DNA of 64,000 nucleotides from an uncultured Verrucomicrobiae bacterium (GCA_963828525.1 CAWHEP010000014.1:128001-192000); one strand, 5' to 3'; positions 33,327 through 44,622 are shown, counted from the stretch's first letter. The notes: generated from the letters alone by a model not told the origin. Numbers and translations: made by a program.

Positions 33327-34682
33327 ATGAATTACGCTCCGCGCGCCGCCAGGCCCGGCAAACAGTTACTCTTGGCGCTGCGGGTCGGCATTTCCGGGTT
33401 GCTGCTTTTCGGCAGTTGCGCCTCCGGACAACTCCTCAGTCCCTTGGCGAAGCGTCCAGACTGGACTCGGCTTGACCCCTATCAGGAGACGATCACACGA
33501 GACGATTTTAGCCGGCTTCTCGCCACGTTATACGCGCCTGCTGATGCTTCCAACGGGGTGATCGAAATTTGCCCGACTTCAGCCTTGATCAAGATGACCT
33601 TTTCCCCGCCTGCCGAATACACGCTGCGGTTCGCCTCCGATCGTTCGGCGGCAAAACCGGTTCCGCGATTCTGGCATCCGGCATCGTCGTTCCAGCCCGT
33701 AAAATCTCCGCGGCGTCCCCTCGATGGGGTGAGAATCGCGCTGGACCCCGGCCACCTCGGTGGCGCGTGGGCGAAGATGGAGGAACGCTGGTTTCAGATC
33801 GGCCAGGGCCTCCCGGTTGCGGAAGGAGACATGACCCTGCTGGTCGCGCGGGCTCTGGCCGCGAGGTTGCGGGAGCTTGGCGCGCAACCGCTCATGGCGC
33901 GGAATGCCGCCGAGCCAGCCACAGCGCTGCGCCCGGCAGACCTTCGCCAGATTGCCCGCGCGGAGTTGGAAAGGCAGGGGCTGCGCTTCATCCGGGAGGC
34001 GTACAACGGTCCCGCTGATCCCTTCAAGGAGAACTCGACGCAATGGGAAAGCGAGCTCCTGTTTTACAGAACAAGTGAGATCCGCAGCAGAGCGGCACTC
34101 GTGAATGACATGCTGAAGCCCGACATCACTCTCTGTCTGCACTTCGACGCGGAGGCCTGGGGCGACCCGTCCCAACCTCGTCTCTCGGACAAGAACCACT
34201 TGCATCTCCTCATCAATGGCGGCTATAGCTCGGCGGAATTGCGTTACGACGACATCCGGCTGGATATGCTGCTCCACCTTCTCGGACGGTGTGGTGAAGA
34301 AGAGGAAAAAGCCTCCCGGATGATTGGAGAGTCACTCGCGGCGGCGACGTCGCTTCCGCCTTATCAATACACTTCCAACAACGCCCGCAGGATCGATGAT
34401 GATCCTTATCTATGGGCGCGCAACCTTCTCGCGAACCGCCTGTACGCCTGCCCAGTCGTTTACATCGAGCCTTACGTGATGAACAGCAAGCCTGTGTTCG
34501 ACAGGGTGCAGCTTGGTGACTATGAAGGCTTGAAGGAGGTGGCGGGCGTCCAACGTAAGAGCATCTATCGTGAATACGCTGACGCGGTGGCACTCGGGCT
34601 GGCCGCCTATTACACGGTGGCGAGGGCGGGTGGCGTCCCCCACGAACGGTCACCGGCGTCTCCAAGACCAGGGACGATGTAG
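33327..34682 (+). CDS. Exported N-acetylmuramoyl-L-alanine amidase-like protein (Amidase_3 motifs)
   Basis: IALDPGH, EGDMTL, RAALVN..PD..LCLHFDA, VVYIEP. Confidence 0.65.
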   Translation: MNYAPRAARPGKQLLLALRVGISGLLLFGSCASGQLLSPLAKRPDWTRLDPYQETITRDDFSRLLATLYAPADASNGVIEICPTSALIKMTFSPPAEYTLRFASDRSAAKPVPRFWHPASSFQPVKSPRRPLDGVRIALDPGHLGGAWAKMEERWFQIGQGLPVAEGDMTLLVARALAARLRELGAQPLMARNAAEPATALRPADLRQIARAELERQGLRFIREAYNGPADPFKENSTQWESELLFYRTSEIRSRAALVNDMLKPDITLCLHFDAEAWGDPSQPRLSDKNHLHLLINGGYSSAELRYDDIRLDMLLHLLGRCGEEEEKASRMIGESLAAATSLPPYQYTSNNARRIDDDPYLWARNLLANRLYACPVVYIEPYVMNSKPVFDRVQLGDYEGLKEVAGVQRKSIYREYADAVALGLAAYYTVARAGGVPHERSPASPRPGTM

Positions 34683-35275
34683 GCGCGGTCATCGAGTCTC
34701 TCATCAATGGCGGCGGTAAAAATAGGCGTGTCGGGATGAGCGGCTCGCAGTTGGTTCAGCCCTTCAGGACAGCTTACCAGGCAGAGGAACCGGATTCGTA
34801 AGGCCCCTTTCTCCTTTAACTGGCTGATCGCGGCGGTAGCGCTCCAGCCGGTGGCAAGCATCGGGTCGAGCACAAGCACCTCAGCCTCCGCCAGATGCGA
34901 TGGCAGGTTGCAGTAGTAGCTGCTGGGTCTGTGTGTTTCCTCGTCGCGCATCAAGCCGATATGGCCAACGCTGGCGGCGGGCAGGATTCTCAGGAGACTT
35001 TCCACCATCCCAAGCCCCGCTCTGAGTATGGGGGCCAGGATCACCGCCCGCGCGAGCGCCGCGCCGGTGAACGCTGCCAGCGGGGTCTGGATGGGAAGTG
35101 GCACAGTCTCGAAGGTTTTCGTCGCTTCGTAAGCAAGCAGCGAAGTCACTTCGGAAACTCCACGCCTAAACTCCGCCGGAGCCGTTTCTTTGTCTCTAAT
35201 GAGCGCGAGGCTCGCGCGGATCAAAGGATGATCCACCAGCGTCACTCCTTCCCGACTCTCATTACTTATCGACAT
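34610..35275 (-). CDS. upp: Uracil phosphoribosyltransferase
   Basis: PILRAGLGM, VLDPMLATG, YIVPGLGDAGDR. Confidence 0.95.
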   Translation of the reverse strand: MSISNESREGVTLVDHPLIRASLALIRDKETAPAEFRRGVSEVTSLLAYEATKTFETVPLPIQTPLAAFTGAALARAVILAPILRAGLGMVESLLRILPAASVGHIGLMRDEETHRPSSYYCNLPSHLAEAEVLVLDPMLATGWSATAAISQLKEKGALRIRFLCLVSCPEGLNQLRAAHPDTPIFTAAIDERLDDRAYIVPGLGDAGDRSWGTPPALATV

Positions 35276-35376
35276 GTCGGGATGCTAGACAGGATCACTG
35301 CCGTTTGTCTTGAAGTTTGCTGCGACGTCCTCCATCGCCAGCAAAGAAGAGACCGCAAACCAGTCTCTGCCGGCGA

Positions 35377-35604
35377 CTACCCTTCCGTGTGCATTTTCAC
35401 CGTAAATCGGTCAATCCCGGCAAGGAAGCCAGAGATATTCGCCTCGCTCATCGATTCGAATCGGCTTGCGTGATCGATTGTAGGCGTCTTCTCTTTCAGC
35501 TCACCATACGAATCAAAAATCGCAAAGGAATTGTCCGCGTCCAGCGATAGAACATACCGTGGCCGCGCATTCGAATGCATGACTTGGAAGTTTGGCTGAT
35601 TCAT
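35377..35604 (-). CDS. Small hypothetical protein (75 aa)
   Basis: Open frame with protein-like composition; TTGCAA...TATA promoter-like sequence upstream. Confidence 0.45.
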   Translation of the reverse strand: MNQPNFQVMHSNARPRYVLSLDADNSFAIFDSYGELKEKTPTIDHASRFESMSEANISGFLAGIDRFTVKMHTEG

Positions 35605-35722
35605 ATTGGCATGCTATATACAGTCATGACCCTGGCTTGCAACCACAATCTGTAGTTGTTTTGCTTACAAGGAGCGGTTTCGATTGATTGACGGGGGTTC
35701 TAAAGGCGGTGTTTAAATCAGT

Positions 35723-37100
35723 ATGTTCGAGTCAATGACGCGCTCTGGGCAGCAACGGTTACATGTTCCCACTGTTTCGTTGATGACCGCAACCGCCCTC
35801 GTGGTGGCCAACATCATCGGGGTCGGCATCTTCACCAGCCTGGGGTTCCAGATCAGGGAAATTCCCTCTCCGTTCTCCATCATGATGCTTTGGGTCGTCG
35901 GGGGAATAGCGGCTCTTTGCGGGGCCCTGGCCTACGGCGAACTGGGCGCTGCTTTACCGCGCTCTGGGGGCGAGTATCATTTTTTGTCGCAGATTTATCA
36001 CCCAGCGCTTGGCTTCGTCGCGGGGTGGACGTCGGCTACGGTGGGGTTCGCCGCTCCGGTGGCTCTTGCCGCGATTGCGTTCGAAACCTATTTACGCGCC
36101 GTTTTCCCGGCAATGCCGCCGTTGCCATTTTCATTTGCCGTCGTTTGGTTTATCGGGCTGTTCCATTTTCGCAATCGGCGCTTGGGCGGATTGTTCCAGG
36201 ACATCTTCACTGTGGTGAAGGTGCTTCTGATTCTCGGATTCATAATAGCCGGATTAATGTGTTCCAAATCACAGGCCATCTCTTTCCTGCCTGCGACAGC
36301 GCGACCCGGGCCTTATTTTCGGCGGCTCCTTCGCCATCAGCCTTGTCTATGTGATGTATTCCTACTCCGGATGGAACGCCTCCACGTATATCGCGGGAGA
36401 AGTGCGAAATCCGGGCCGGATGATCCCTCTCTCACTGTTGATCGGCACGACCTTCGTGATGGTGCTCTACATCGCCTTGAACGCGGTTTTCATCCGAAGC
36501 ACCCCAGCAGCTGAGCTTTCGGGCCAATTGGATGTGGCGTTCGTTGCCGGCAAACACATCTTCGGAGTAATGGGTGGCCGCATAATGGGAGGGCTGATCT
36601 GCATCGGGCTGATTTCCTCCATCAGCTCCATGACCTGGATCGGCCCGCGCGTGAGCATGGCGATGGGCGAAGATCTTGTGCTGCTCGGCTTCCTCGCCAG
36701 GCGGACGCGACGATGGCACCCCGGCGGTCGCGGTGGTCTTCCAGGTCGCTGTGGTAACACTGCTGCTGGCCACGGCCAGTTTCGAAAAGATTAATACGTT
36801 CGTGCAGCTCACCCTTACTCTGTGCTCTTTTCTTACCGTGCTCGGAGTGATCGTGCTTCGCTTCACACGTCCGGCACTTCCGCGTCCTTATAAGACATGG
36901 GGCTACCCTTTCACCCCTCTGCTCTTCCTGGCATCACCGCCTTGATGATGTTCCATATTATAAGGTCGCGCCCTGTGGAATCCATCGCGGGTCTTGGGAC
37001 AATGCTGCTCGGCTTGCTTTTCTATTTTGCGTCTCCGCGCCCGAAACCGCAAAAGTGTGGTCGAAGAACGTATGAATGCTCTAGAGTGCTCCGCCGATGA
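35723..37100 (+). CDS. APC family amino acid permease, frameshifts at about 36300, 36710, 36930
   Basis: IIGVGIF, YGELGAALPRSGGEY, YSYSGWNA, GPRV, PRPYKTWGYP. Confidence 0.88.
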
Positions 37101-38194
37101 CAGTCTTCGAGACAAAGCTGCTTCGCGGTTTGCTCGCGTTCCTGGTTACATTCGCGGGTGTCCCGAGGTTGTTGCGCTGAGGCTCCGACGGCTGATGAAA
37201 CAGCTCGGTTTCTCGCCGGGTATGTCCGCGCCGGCCGGGTCGGCTCTCGACGCGTTTAACAACGAGCCGAACTGGATCGAGCATGCGCGTTCCATGGATA
37301 CCAATTGGGCGAAACTTGAGCACTGGCGTTTAAGCCGCATACGCCTTTGGTCAGCCGCTGTCATCCAGGAGAGTAAGCCCGTGGTCTACTATATGTTCAG
37401 CGGGCCGGACTACCTTTACGTCGACGCGTTTTTTCCGAACGCTTCCACATATGTCCTGTGCGGGACTGAAGCGGTGGGAGCCTTACCCGGATGTGCTGCA
37501 ACAACAGCGAAGACCCTTCCCGCGGGATTGCACAATCTCGAGGCTTCACTCCATAGCGCTGTGAATTTCAGCTTCTTCATCACCAAGGACATGCGGAAAG
37601 ACCTTCAGATTGAGGAGTTCGGGGGGACGCTGCCTCTTCTTCTGATGTTCCTCGCGAGATCGAACAAACATGTAGTCGGACGTGAGTTTCGTCAGCCTTG
37701 ACCGGGGCGGCTCTGTGCATTCTCCCGCAGGAAAGGGAGAGACTCCTGGTGTGAAGATCACGTTCAACTCCGCCGCCAATTCCTCGTCCCGCTCGCTTTA
37801 CTATTTCAATACAGACATCTCGGACGACGGAATACGGAAGAACCCGGGCTTTCTGAAATTCTGCGACGGGTTGGGGAAGGGGGATAGCTTCCTCAAATCG
37901 GCCTCCTATCTTTTGCACCAGGGTGGGTTCGCCACCATCCGGAACTTCCTGCTAAACCGCAGCGACACGATAGTGCAGGATGACTCCGGCATTCCAATCA
38001 GCTACCTCGTGAGCAAGGATTGGACTTTGCGACTCTTCGGCAGCTACAGCGGGCCCATCGATCTCTTCAAACAAAATTTCCAGCCTCAACTCAAGGATCT
38101 CTACGCCAGGAGCAACGCCCCGCCTCTTGATTTCGGAGTCGGTTATCGCTATCTCCCCCGTCAGACGACGTTGATTGTCGCTGTGCGTCGGTGA
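37072..38194 (+). CDS. Conserved hypothetical protein, frameshift at about 37680
   Basis: VYYMFSGPDYLYVDAFFP, FSFFITKDM, FLKSASYLLH, IVQDDSGIP; start uncertain. Confidence 0.7.
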
Positions 38195-38248
38195 CGATTT
38201 TTGCGGTTGCATGCGGGGAGAACTCGCGGATGGTTGCGCCTTTGATTC

Positions 38249-39457
38249 ATGGCAAGTAAGAAGACCCAGAAGCTCATCATTTTCGTCACTGTCGTGATCG
38301 ACATGATCGGCTTTGGAATCGTCATACCGGTTCTACCGCTTTACGCGGAACGGTTCGGCGCGTCCACCCTGGCAATCGGCCTCCTCGCGGGCGTTTACTC
38401 GCTCATGCAACTGGTCTGCGCGCCGCTTTTTGGCAGGCTCTCAGATCGGATCGGGAGACGCCCGGTGCTCCTTACCAGCATCTGCGGGACCGCAATCGGC
38501 TTCGCTGTCATGGGCATGGCGAACACACTCTGGATGCTCTTCCTTGCGCGCATCATTGATGGCATCAGCGGCGGAAACATTTCAACCGCGCAGGCTTACA
38601 TCGCCGATATCACGCCAGCGGAAGACCGCTCGAAATCCATGGGCCTGATTGGCGCTGCTTTCGGTATCGGGTTTGTTTTCGGCCCGATGATCGGCGGGTG
38701 GGCAAGCAAATCCTCCCTGCAGGCGCCGTTCTATTTCGCGGCGGCGTTGGCTGCCCTGAATGCCGTTCTGGTGTTCTTCATCCTTCCTGAAAGCCTCGAC
38801 CGCGAGCATCGCAGCCGTCCGCATGAAGACGCCTCCATCGCGGAAGTATTCCGTCACGGAAAAGGGTGGGTGCTTGGCAGCATTATGCTGACCTATCTTT
38901 TTTCGATCACCGGCTTTGCGATCATGACCACCCTGTTTGCTCTCTTCACCGAGCATCGGTTTGGATACGACGCGAGGCATAATGGCTACCTGTTCGCCTA
39001 CATCGGCACACTCGGCGTGGTAATCCAGGGAGGTCTCCTTGGCCGCCTGGTCAAAGCTTTCGGAGAAAAGACCCTCGCCACGCTGGGAGCGGCATTCCTC
39101 GCTGTGAGCATGTTCGCTCTGCCGCTTTGCAACGGGTTGGGGATTCTCATGATTGTCTGCGGAGGCATCGCGTTGGGCAACGGCTTCCTGACGCCCACGC
39201 TCAACGGCCTCGCCTCCAGAAACGTAGATCGGAGCTGGCAGGGACGCGCAATGGGGCTGATGCAATCCTCTGGAAGCCTCGGGCGTTTCCTCGGGCCGAT
39301 GCTCGCCGGATGGCTCCTCACTTATGACGCGGCTGCCCATTACGCGCAGGCCGCCTGCTGGGCGAGTGGCTGGATCATGGTCGCCACCCTTGGCTTGACC
39401 CTTTGGATTTCCAGCACTGCGGAGGCGAAGGAGCCAGTCGCCGCGCAGGCGACTTAG
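38249..39457 (+). CDS. MFS drug:H+ antiporter (TetA/DHA1-like)
   Basis: GRLSDRIGRRPVLL, AYIAD, GIGFVFGPMIGG. Confidence 0.92.
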   Translation: MASKKTQKLIIFVTVVIDMIGFGIVIPVLPLYAERFGASTLAIGLLAGVYSLMQLVCAPLFGRLSDRIGRRPVLLTSICGTAIGFAVMGMANTLWMLFLARIIDGISGGNISTAQAYIADITPAEDRSKSMGLIGAAFGIGFVFGPMIGGWASKSSLQAPFYFAAALAALNAVLVFFILPESLDREHRSRPHEDASIAEVFRHGKGWVLGSIMLTYLFSITGFAIMTTLFALFTEHRFGYDARHNGYLFAYIGTLGVVIQGGLLGRLVKAFGEKTLATLGAAFLAVSMFALPLCNGLGILMIVCGGIALGNGFLTPTLNGLASRNVDRSWQGRAMGLMQSSGSLGRFLGPMLAGWLLTYDAAAHYAQAACWASGWIMVATLGLTLWISSTAEAKEPVAAQAT

Positions 39458-39486
39458 TCCGTTAGTGGGATACCCCAAGGGCGCAA

Positions 39487-41808
39487 TTGATCCCGAGCAA
39501 TTGGGTCGCTTCCCTGAAAAGGCGACGATTGCCATTCCTCGGTCTGGTGATCTGCGCGGCCGCCGGCATCTGCATTGCCGACCGATGCGCGGTAAGTCCT
39601 CTGCCAGTAGCGCTGGGTTTGATAGTTGCTGGTCTGGCTCTTCTTTTCCGGCCATGGCTCCCCGGTAGCTTCGCTTTCACCGCCGGAGTTTTCTTCCTGC
39701 TCCACACTCTGAACTGCCAGTTTAATCCCGCGCGGCTGCTGTCCAGGGAGATTGCCGGGCAATCCGTCGCGATTCGCGCCACGGGCGTGGTCATCAGCGA
39801 ACCTGAGACAAAGCAGGGATACCGGGGCTCCGTCACCACGCAATTCTGGCTGCGAACGGAAAAACTCGAAGGGCTTACGGCGGACTCCGCCGGCGCCATC
39901 GTGCTCGCGCGCTGGGGCGGACAGGGAGTCAGCTACGGAGATCGAGTATCGCTTGCAGGGACGATCGCGAACATTCCCTGCCCGCGCAACCCAGCGCAGT
40001 TTGACTATGCCGGATACCTCCGCCGCTTGAACATCTACTCGGAGTTGGACGCCCGGTTTCCGACAGACTGCAAGGTGGATGCCACCGGCTTGGGAAACGC
40101 CCTGTTCGCCCGCGCCATTCGCGCGCGGGCGTGGATGCAGAGCAAGCTTACGATGGACCTTCAGGATGCCCCGGAAGCCGCCGGCCTCGTGCAAAGCCTC
40201 GTCCTGGGTTTGAAGCGCGAAACGCCGGAGAACATCAAGGAATTGTTTCGACGCACCGGCACTCTGCATCTCTTTACTGTGAACGGCCTGCATATTGGCA
40301 TGCTTGCGACCATCGCGTCTTTTCTTCTTCGTCCGCTTCGCATCGGGCGCAAGCGGGCGGTCTTCATCATCATTCCCTTGTTAATCTTCTACGCCGAAAT
40401 CACCGGATTCAGCACGGGAAGCATCCGCGCGACCATCATGGCATGCGTGCTCCTCGGGGGAGAACTCTTCGACCGTCGCCCCCTTTCCCTGAACAGTCTC
40501 GCCGGAGCCGCTTTCCTGATTCTGGCGAGAGACACGAATGAGCTCTTCATGCCGGGATTCCAGTTTTCGTTCGGAGTGGTGGCCGCCATCATCCTCCTGG
40601 CGGGCCCGATTCGGAGCTTCCTCTCGCGCCTTTGGCAGCCCGATCCCTTTCTGCCCCGCGAGCTCTGGGGTAGGTGGCTTACGGCGCGATACCACGCCAA
40701 CCGATGGCTTGTCCAGCTTGCCAGCGTCTCGATTGCCGCCTGGATCGGCTCCATCCCGTTTACCGGGTTTTACTTTCATCTCGCCACCCCATCCGCGGTC
40801 CTGGTGAATCTCGCCGTGGTTCCCCTGGCATTTGCCATTCTAGCCGAAGGCGTGCTGGCCCTCCTGTCTGCCCCGTTCTGGAACGCGCTCGTCATCGTAT
40901 TCAATAACGCAAACTGGGTTCTCGCGAAGTTTCTGCTCCTGCCTGTCGTGCAATTCTTCTCCGTCCTCCCGGCGGGTCACTTCTATCTGGAACTCCCGCG
41001 CCTCTCGCCGCCAACTTGCGAGATCGCCGTGTTCGATCTTGGCGAAGGGGGAGCCGCTCACCTCCGCGCCGGTGGCAGGGATTGGCTCATCGATACCGGC
41101 AACAAATTTCCCTACGGGGAGATCGTGCGGCCATACCTGCGGAGTCGTGGCGTCAACCGGCTTGATGGACTTGTCATCACTCATGGCAGTTCCAAAGACA
41201 TGGGCGGCGCGTCGGAAGCTCTCTCCGACTTCGATCCCCGGTGCGTCATCGACTCGCCACTCACCGACAGGTCGCGTATTCGAAAAGCCTTCGAGGAGGA
41301 GCTGCAAGCCAGGAAGACTCCACCAGCAGTCCGCCAGAGGGGCGACACCATACAGATCACGGAAAAGGTCCGTCTCCGCGTCCTGTATCCCCCGGCAGAC
41401 CTGATTGCTCGCGCGGCGGATGACAAGGCGCTCGTCCTGCTCGTTGAAGCGGCAGGCTCGCGTGTTCTTCTCATGTCAGACAGTGGCTTCTTTACTGAGC
41501 ATTGGCTGCTGGAACATGAACCCGGTCTCCGCTGCGACATTATCATTAAAGGACAGCACAGTTCGGACGCTTCAGGCGCCATGGATTTCATCCGGGCCGC
41601 CCAGCCCAAAGTGATTATATGCGGCACAGGCAGATTCTCTCCGAGCGCGAAGATTTCCGACTCCTGGGCGGCGGACGTCGTCGCGCGCGGCATCGCTCTG
41701 TTCCGGCAGGATAAAACCGGTGAAGTATCCGTCTCCCTGAACAGCGGGAGCTATTTGGTCAAATCATTTCTGGACGGACAAACGGTTCGGGGTCTCAGTG
41801 GGAAATGA
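39487..41808 (+). CDS. comEC: ComEC/Rec2 competence protein
   Basis: RNPAQFDY, GTLHLFTVNGLH, IRATIM, GFQFSF, C-terminal beta-lactamase-like domain. Confidence 0.92.
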   Translation: MIPSNWVASLKRRRLPFLGLVICAAAGICIADRCAVSPLPVALGLIVAGLALLFRPWLPGSFAFTAGVFFLLHTLNCQFNPARLLSREIAGQSVAIRATGVVISEPETKQGYRGSVTTQFWLRTEKLEGLTADSAGAIVLARWGGQGVSYGDRVSLAGTIANIPCPRNPAQFDYAGYLRRLNIYSELDARFPTDCKVDATGLGNALFARAIRARAWMQSKLTMDLQDAPEAAGLVQSLVLGLKRETPENIKELFRRTGTLHLFTVNGLHIGMLATIASFLLRPLRIGRKRAVFIIIPLLIFYAEITGFSTGSIRATIMACVLLGGELFDRRPLSLNSLAGAAFLILARDTNELFMPGFQFSFGVVAAIILLAGPIRSFLSRLWQPDPFLPRELWGRWLTARYHANRWLVQLASVSIAAWIGSIPFTGFYFHLATPSAVLVNLAVVPLAFAILAEGVLALLSAPFWNALVIVFNNANWVLAKFLLLPVVQFFSVLPAGHFYLELPRLSPPTCEIAVFDLGEGGAAHLRAGGRDWLIDTGNKFPYGEIVRPYLRSRGVNRLDGLVITHGSSKDMGGASEALSDFDPRCVIDSPLTDRSRIRKAFEEELQARKTPPAVRQRGDTIQITEKVRLRVLYPPADLIARAADDKALVLLVEAAGSRVLLMSDSGFFTEHWLLEHEPGLRCDIIIKGQHSSDASGAMDFIRAAQPKVIICGTGRFSPSAKISDSWAADVVARGIALFRQDKTGEVSVSLNSGSYLVKSFLDGQTVRGLSGK

Positions 41809-41970
41809 AACGCGGTCGAACCGTTGCGTCAGCCTGAGACCCGTACCGGAGACCGCCCGCGTCACGTTGAGCGAAATCCTACGGCTCGCCACTAGGAAGC
41901 CACCGCTGTGCCGTGGAGATCGTCGCCGATATTGCCCGCGGTCGCCGTACCGCCTGATATGGAGCCCAAG

Positions 41971-42183
41971 ATGAGCACGCTTCACGACGGCGATCGGGCG
42001 TCTGGATCCGAGGGAGAAGGCGATTCTGACTGCGGAACCGTTCGCGATGGAGTCCGAGCCGGGCGGGATGGAACTGGAAGCGGCGCTCAAACGGGGCTGC
42101 GCCACGTTGAAGCGAGGCGGGTGCGCCCGATTGAGGGTAAGACCTCATTTCGCGGTGGATTTCAAAGTCCTGATTGGCGATAA
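41971..42183 (+). pseudogene. Degenerate antitoxin (MSTxxEIE-type)
   Basis: MSTLH/TAIGRLDPREKAILTAE...LEAALKRG/LRHVEARRVRPIE across frames; precedes ParE fragment. Confidence 0.5.
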
Positions 42184-42296
42184 CGCCTTGAACGATCTCC
42201 GGGAAATCGTCGATTTCATTGCGGAAGACGATCCAGGGGCGGCGGCCCGCCTCGGCGAAAAACTCATGGCCCCGGCGATGGACTTGGCAAATCTGT
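42155..42296 (+). pseudogene. N-terminal half of a ParE/RelE toxin, fused in frame to the RHS fragment
   Basis: VDFKVLIGDNALNDLREIVDFIAEDDPGAAARLGEKL. Confidence 0.7.
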
Positions 42297-43202
42297 CAAA
42301 CCCCGCTGGAACTCCCTCCAGTGCCCAGAGCGCGGAAACGTTCACCTACGACGCCGCTGGCAATCGCGGAAGCCTGACTCTTAACGGCACATCCACCAGC
42401 TATAGCGCAAACACGGTTAACCAATATACCAAGGCTGGCAGCAACTCCCTTGGCTATGACGGTAATGGGAACCTGTCCGTGGGGCTGGCAGGATCCACTT
42501 CGTGGACCTATGATGCTCAGAACCGGATGGTGAGCGCAGTTGCCGCAAACGGAGTGACGATGACGATAGCCTACGATGCTCTAAACCGCCCCGTGATGCG
42601 GATCGAGACGACTGGCTCCGCTCCCACGTTCCTGGTGTATGATGGCTGGAACCTGGTGGATGAATATGCTGGGAATGCGCTTCAGTATAGTTACCTCCAC
42701 GGGGCGCAGCCCGATGAGATGCTTACCCGAACGGATAGTGGAGGCAATGCCGTGTACTATCTCCGCGACGGACTGGGAAGCGTGAAGGCATTGACCGATG
42801 CGAGCGCGAACGTGCTCGAGATTTACGCGTATGACGTGTACGGTCAACCGAGCCTTCAGCACTGCGGCCGGTGCGCCGCTCACTGGGTCCTCGAACGGGA
42901 ACCGGTTCCTTTACACGGGGCGGGAGTATTTGCCAGACATCGGCGTTTATGATTACCGCAATCGGCTCTACTCCGCCAATCTTGGAAGGTTCATGCAGGC
43001 TGATCCTATTAGAGTCGCTTTAACTGAGGGTCGTTTTAGCCGCGATTTGTTGGAGTTGGCGGAAGATATCAACTTGTATCGCTATACATTGAACGATCCG
43101 ATCAACCTAATCGATCCTACCGGGCTAAAAACCTGCTGGGGAGAGTCTCGGGGTCGTGTCTCAACAGTTGACATTGATGGCCTTTCGTTTCGATTCTCAT
43201 AG
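42297..43202 (+). pseudogene. RHS-repeat core C-terminal fragment with truncated toxin tip, frameshift at about 42860
   Basis: YDAAGNR, YDGNGNL, YYLRDGLGSV, FLYTGREY, YDYRNRLYS..GRFMQADPI, NDPINLIDPTGL followed by only 24 aa. Confidence 0.88.
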
Positions 43203-43205
43203 TTG

Positions 43206-43320
43206 ATGTCGAGAGCTGTGCGAATGGAAGTTAAAAGGGGTTAGTATCATGTCATGAGCCGGGGAATTGAACGCCGTGACATCTTCCGTGACGACTGGGA
43301 TAGGCGCGATTTTCTGTCCC
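43206..43320 (+). pseudogene. RAYT / Y1 transposase N-terminal remnant
   Basis: MSRAVRMEVKRG*YHVMSRGIERRDIFRDDWDRRDFL. Confidence 0.75.
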
Positions 43321-43394
43321 CGTCACCAGAGATCTCCCGGGGGTCAGGCTGCATCTGTTGACAGGTTTTGAAGAATCTGTCGCCTTGGACGGGT

Positions 43395-43950
43395 ATGGCG
43401 AGGAGCATTCGAATCGAGTATCCAGGCGCGTTTTGTCATGTGATGGCGCGCGGTAACCGGCGGGAAGCCATTTTCGAGTCCGATGAGGATCGGGGGCTTT
43501 TCTTGACGACCGTGGGAGAGGCTTGTGCGAAGACCGGGTGGCGGGCGCATGCCTGGGTGTTGATGGGCAACCACTATCACCTTGTAATCTGCGCGCCCGA
43601 GGCGAATCTTGTCGCCGGGATGACTTGGCTGCAGAACACCTACAGTCGTCGTTTCAATACCGGCACCGTCTGTGGGGTCGATTGTTCGGCGACCGTTACA
43701 AGGCGGTGCCGGTGGAGGGCAGCGGCTATTACTACGAAAGCCTTCTGGACTACGTCCATCTCAACCCTATGCGAGCGGGCATAATCAAGCCCGGAAAGGA
43801 GCAGAGCGTGATGGATTATCCATGGAGCAGCGTGGCTGGAGGGTACGCGCTTGCTCCTGGAAAGCGCGCGAAATGGCTCGCGGCGAGCGAAGGCCTCGCG
43901 AGCCTTGGTTACGCAGACACAGCGGCAGGCCGACGGAAATTCGTTGAGCG
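43395..43950 (+). mobile_element. REP-associated tyrosine transposase (RAYT, IS200/IS605 HUH family), frameshift at about 43660, C-terminally truncated
   Basis: HVMARGNRREAIF, WVLMGNHYHL (HUH), LFGDRYKA, YVHLNPMRAG, DYPWSS. Confidence 0.88.
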
Positions 43951-44452
43951 CCATGCGGCGCATTGAGTGGTGCGGCTGGAGCTCGGTGACCTCAACGTTG
44001 AGCGCCGTGTGCTCATGATCCGTCAAGGTAAGGGCAAGAAAGACCGGGCCGTCCCGATCGGCGAACGTGCCTTGGCTTGGATCGGCAAATACCTCGCCGA
44101 CGTACGCCCGGAGCTGCTACTTGATCCGCGCGAGCAAGCCCTCTTCCTCAGCGGCTGCGGCGACAGCGCCACGAGCGCCGATTACCTCTCGCGGCTGGTC
44201 TCGCAATACGCGCGCAGCGCCAGCATAACGCACGGTGGCTGCCATCTCTACCGGCACCAGTTGCGCGACCCTCATGCTCGAAAGCGGGGCGGATATCCCC
44301 CTCATCCAGAGATGCTCGGGCACGCCAACCTCTCGACCACCCAGATTTACACGGAAGTGAGCATCCAGCAGTTGCAGCGCATCCACGCGATGACGCACCC
44401 GGAAGAGCGGGACTTGCCACCCGAGGCAAAAACGGACACTTTGCAAACATGA
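43951..44452 (+). pseudogene. XerC/D-like tyrosine recombinase, catalytic C-terminal half only
   Basis: MRRIE(L)VRL, QGKGKKDR.VP, HLYRH, MLGHANLSTTQIYT; no N-terminal domain and no IntI-specific insertion. Confidence 0.85.
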
Positions 44453-44622
44453 GCACGGTTACCGAAATCGAGTCCGCCATCGAGCAGTTGCCTATGGAGC
44501 AAGTGCGCGAAGTGGCCGCGTGGCTGGAGGAATACCAGGCCACGATCAACGCCTCGGCCGAAATCTTCGCAATGTTCGATGCCGAGGAAGGCGAAGGCGA
44601 TCAATGGCACGATCCGAAGTGA
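44449..44622 (+). CDS. Type II antitoxin (57 aa, not in ORF track)
   Basis: MSTVTEIESAIEQLPMEQVREVAAWLEEYQ...; acidic; overlaps the toxin start. Confidence 0.75.
   Translation: MSTVTEIESAIEQLPMEQVREVAAWLEEYQATINASAEIFAMFDAEEGEGDQWHDPK

Noticed and set aside
42047..42952. 301-aa ORF as a real ParE-RHS fusion protein
   Set aside because: It is stitched from an antitoxin remnant, half a ParE and an RHS fragment; better explained as a deletion junction
43951..44452. Tyrosine recombinase as the missing integron integrase
   Set aside because: It lacks the IntI-specific insertion before the HxxR box, is N-terminally truncated and lies about 17 kb from the array
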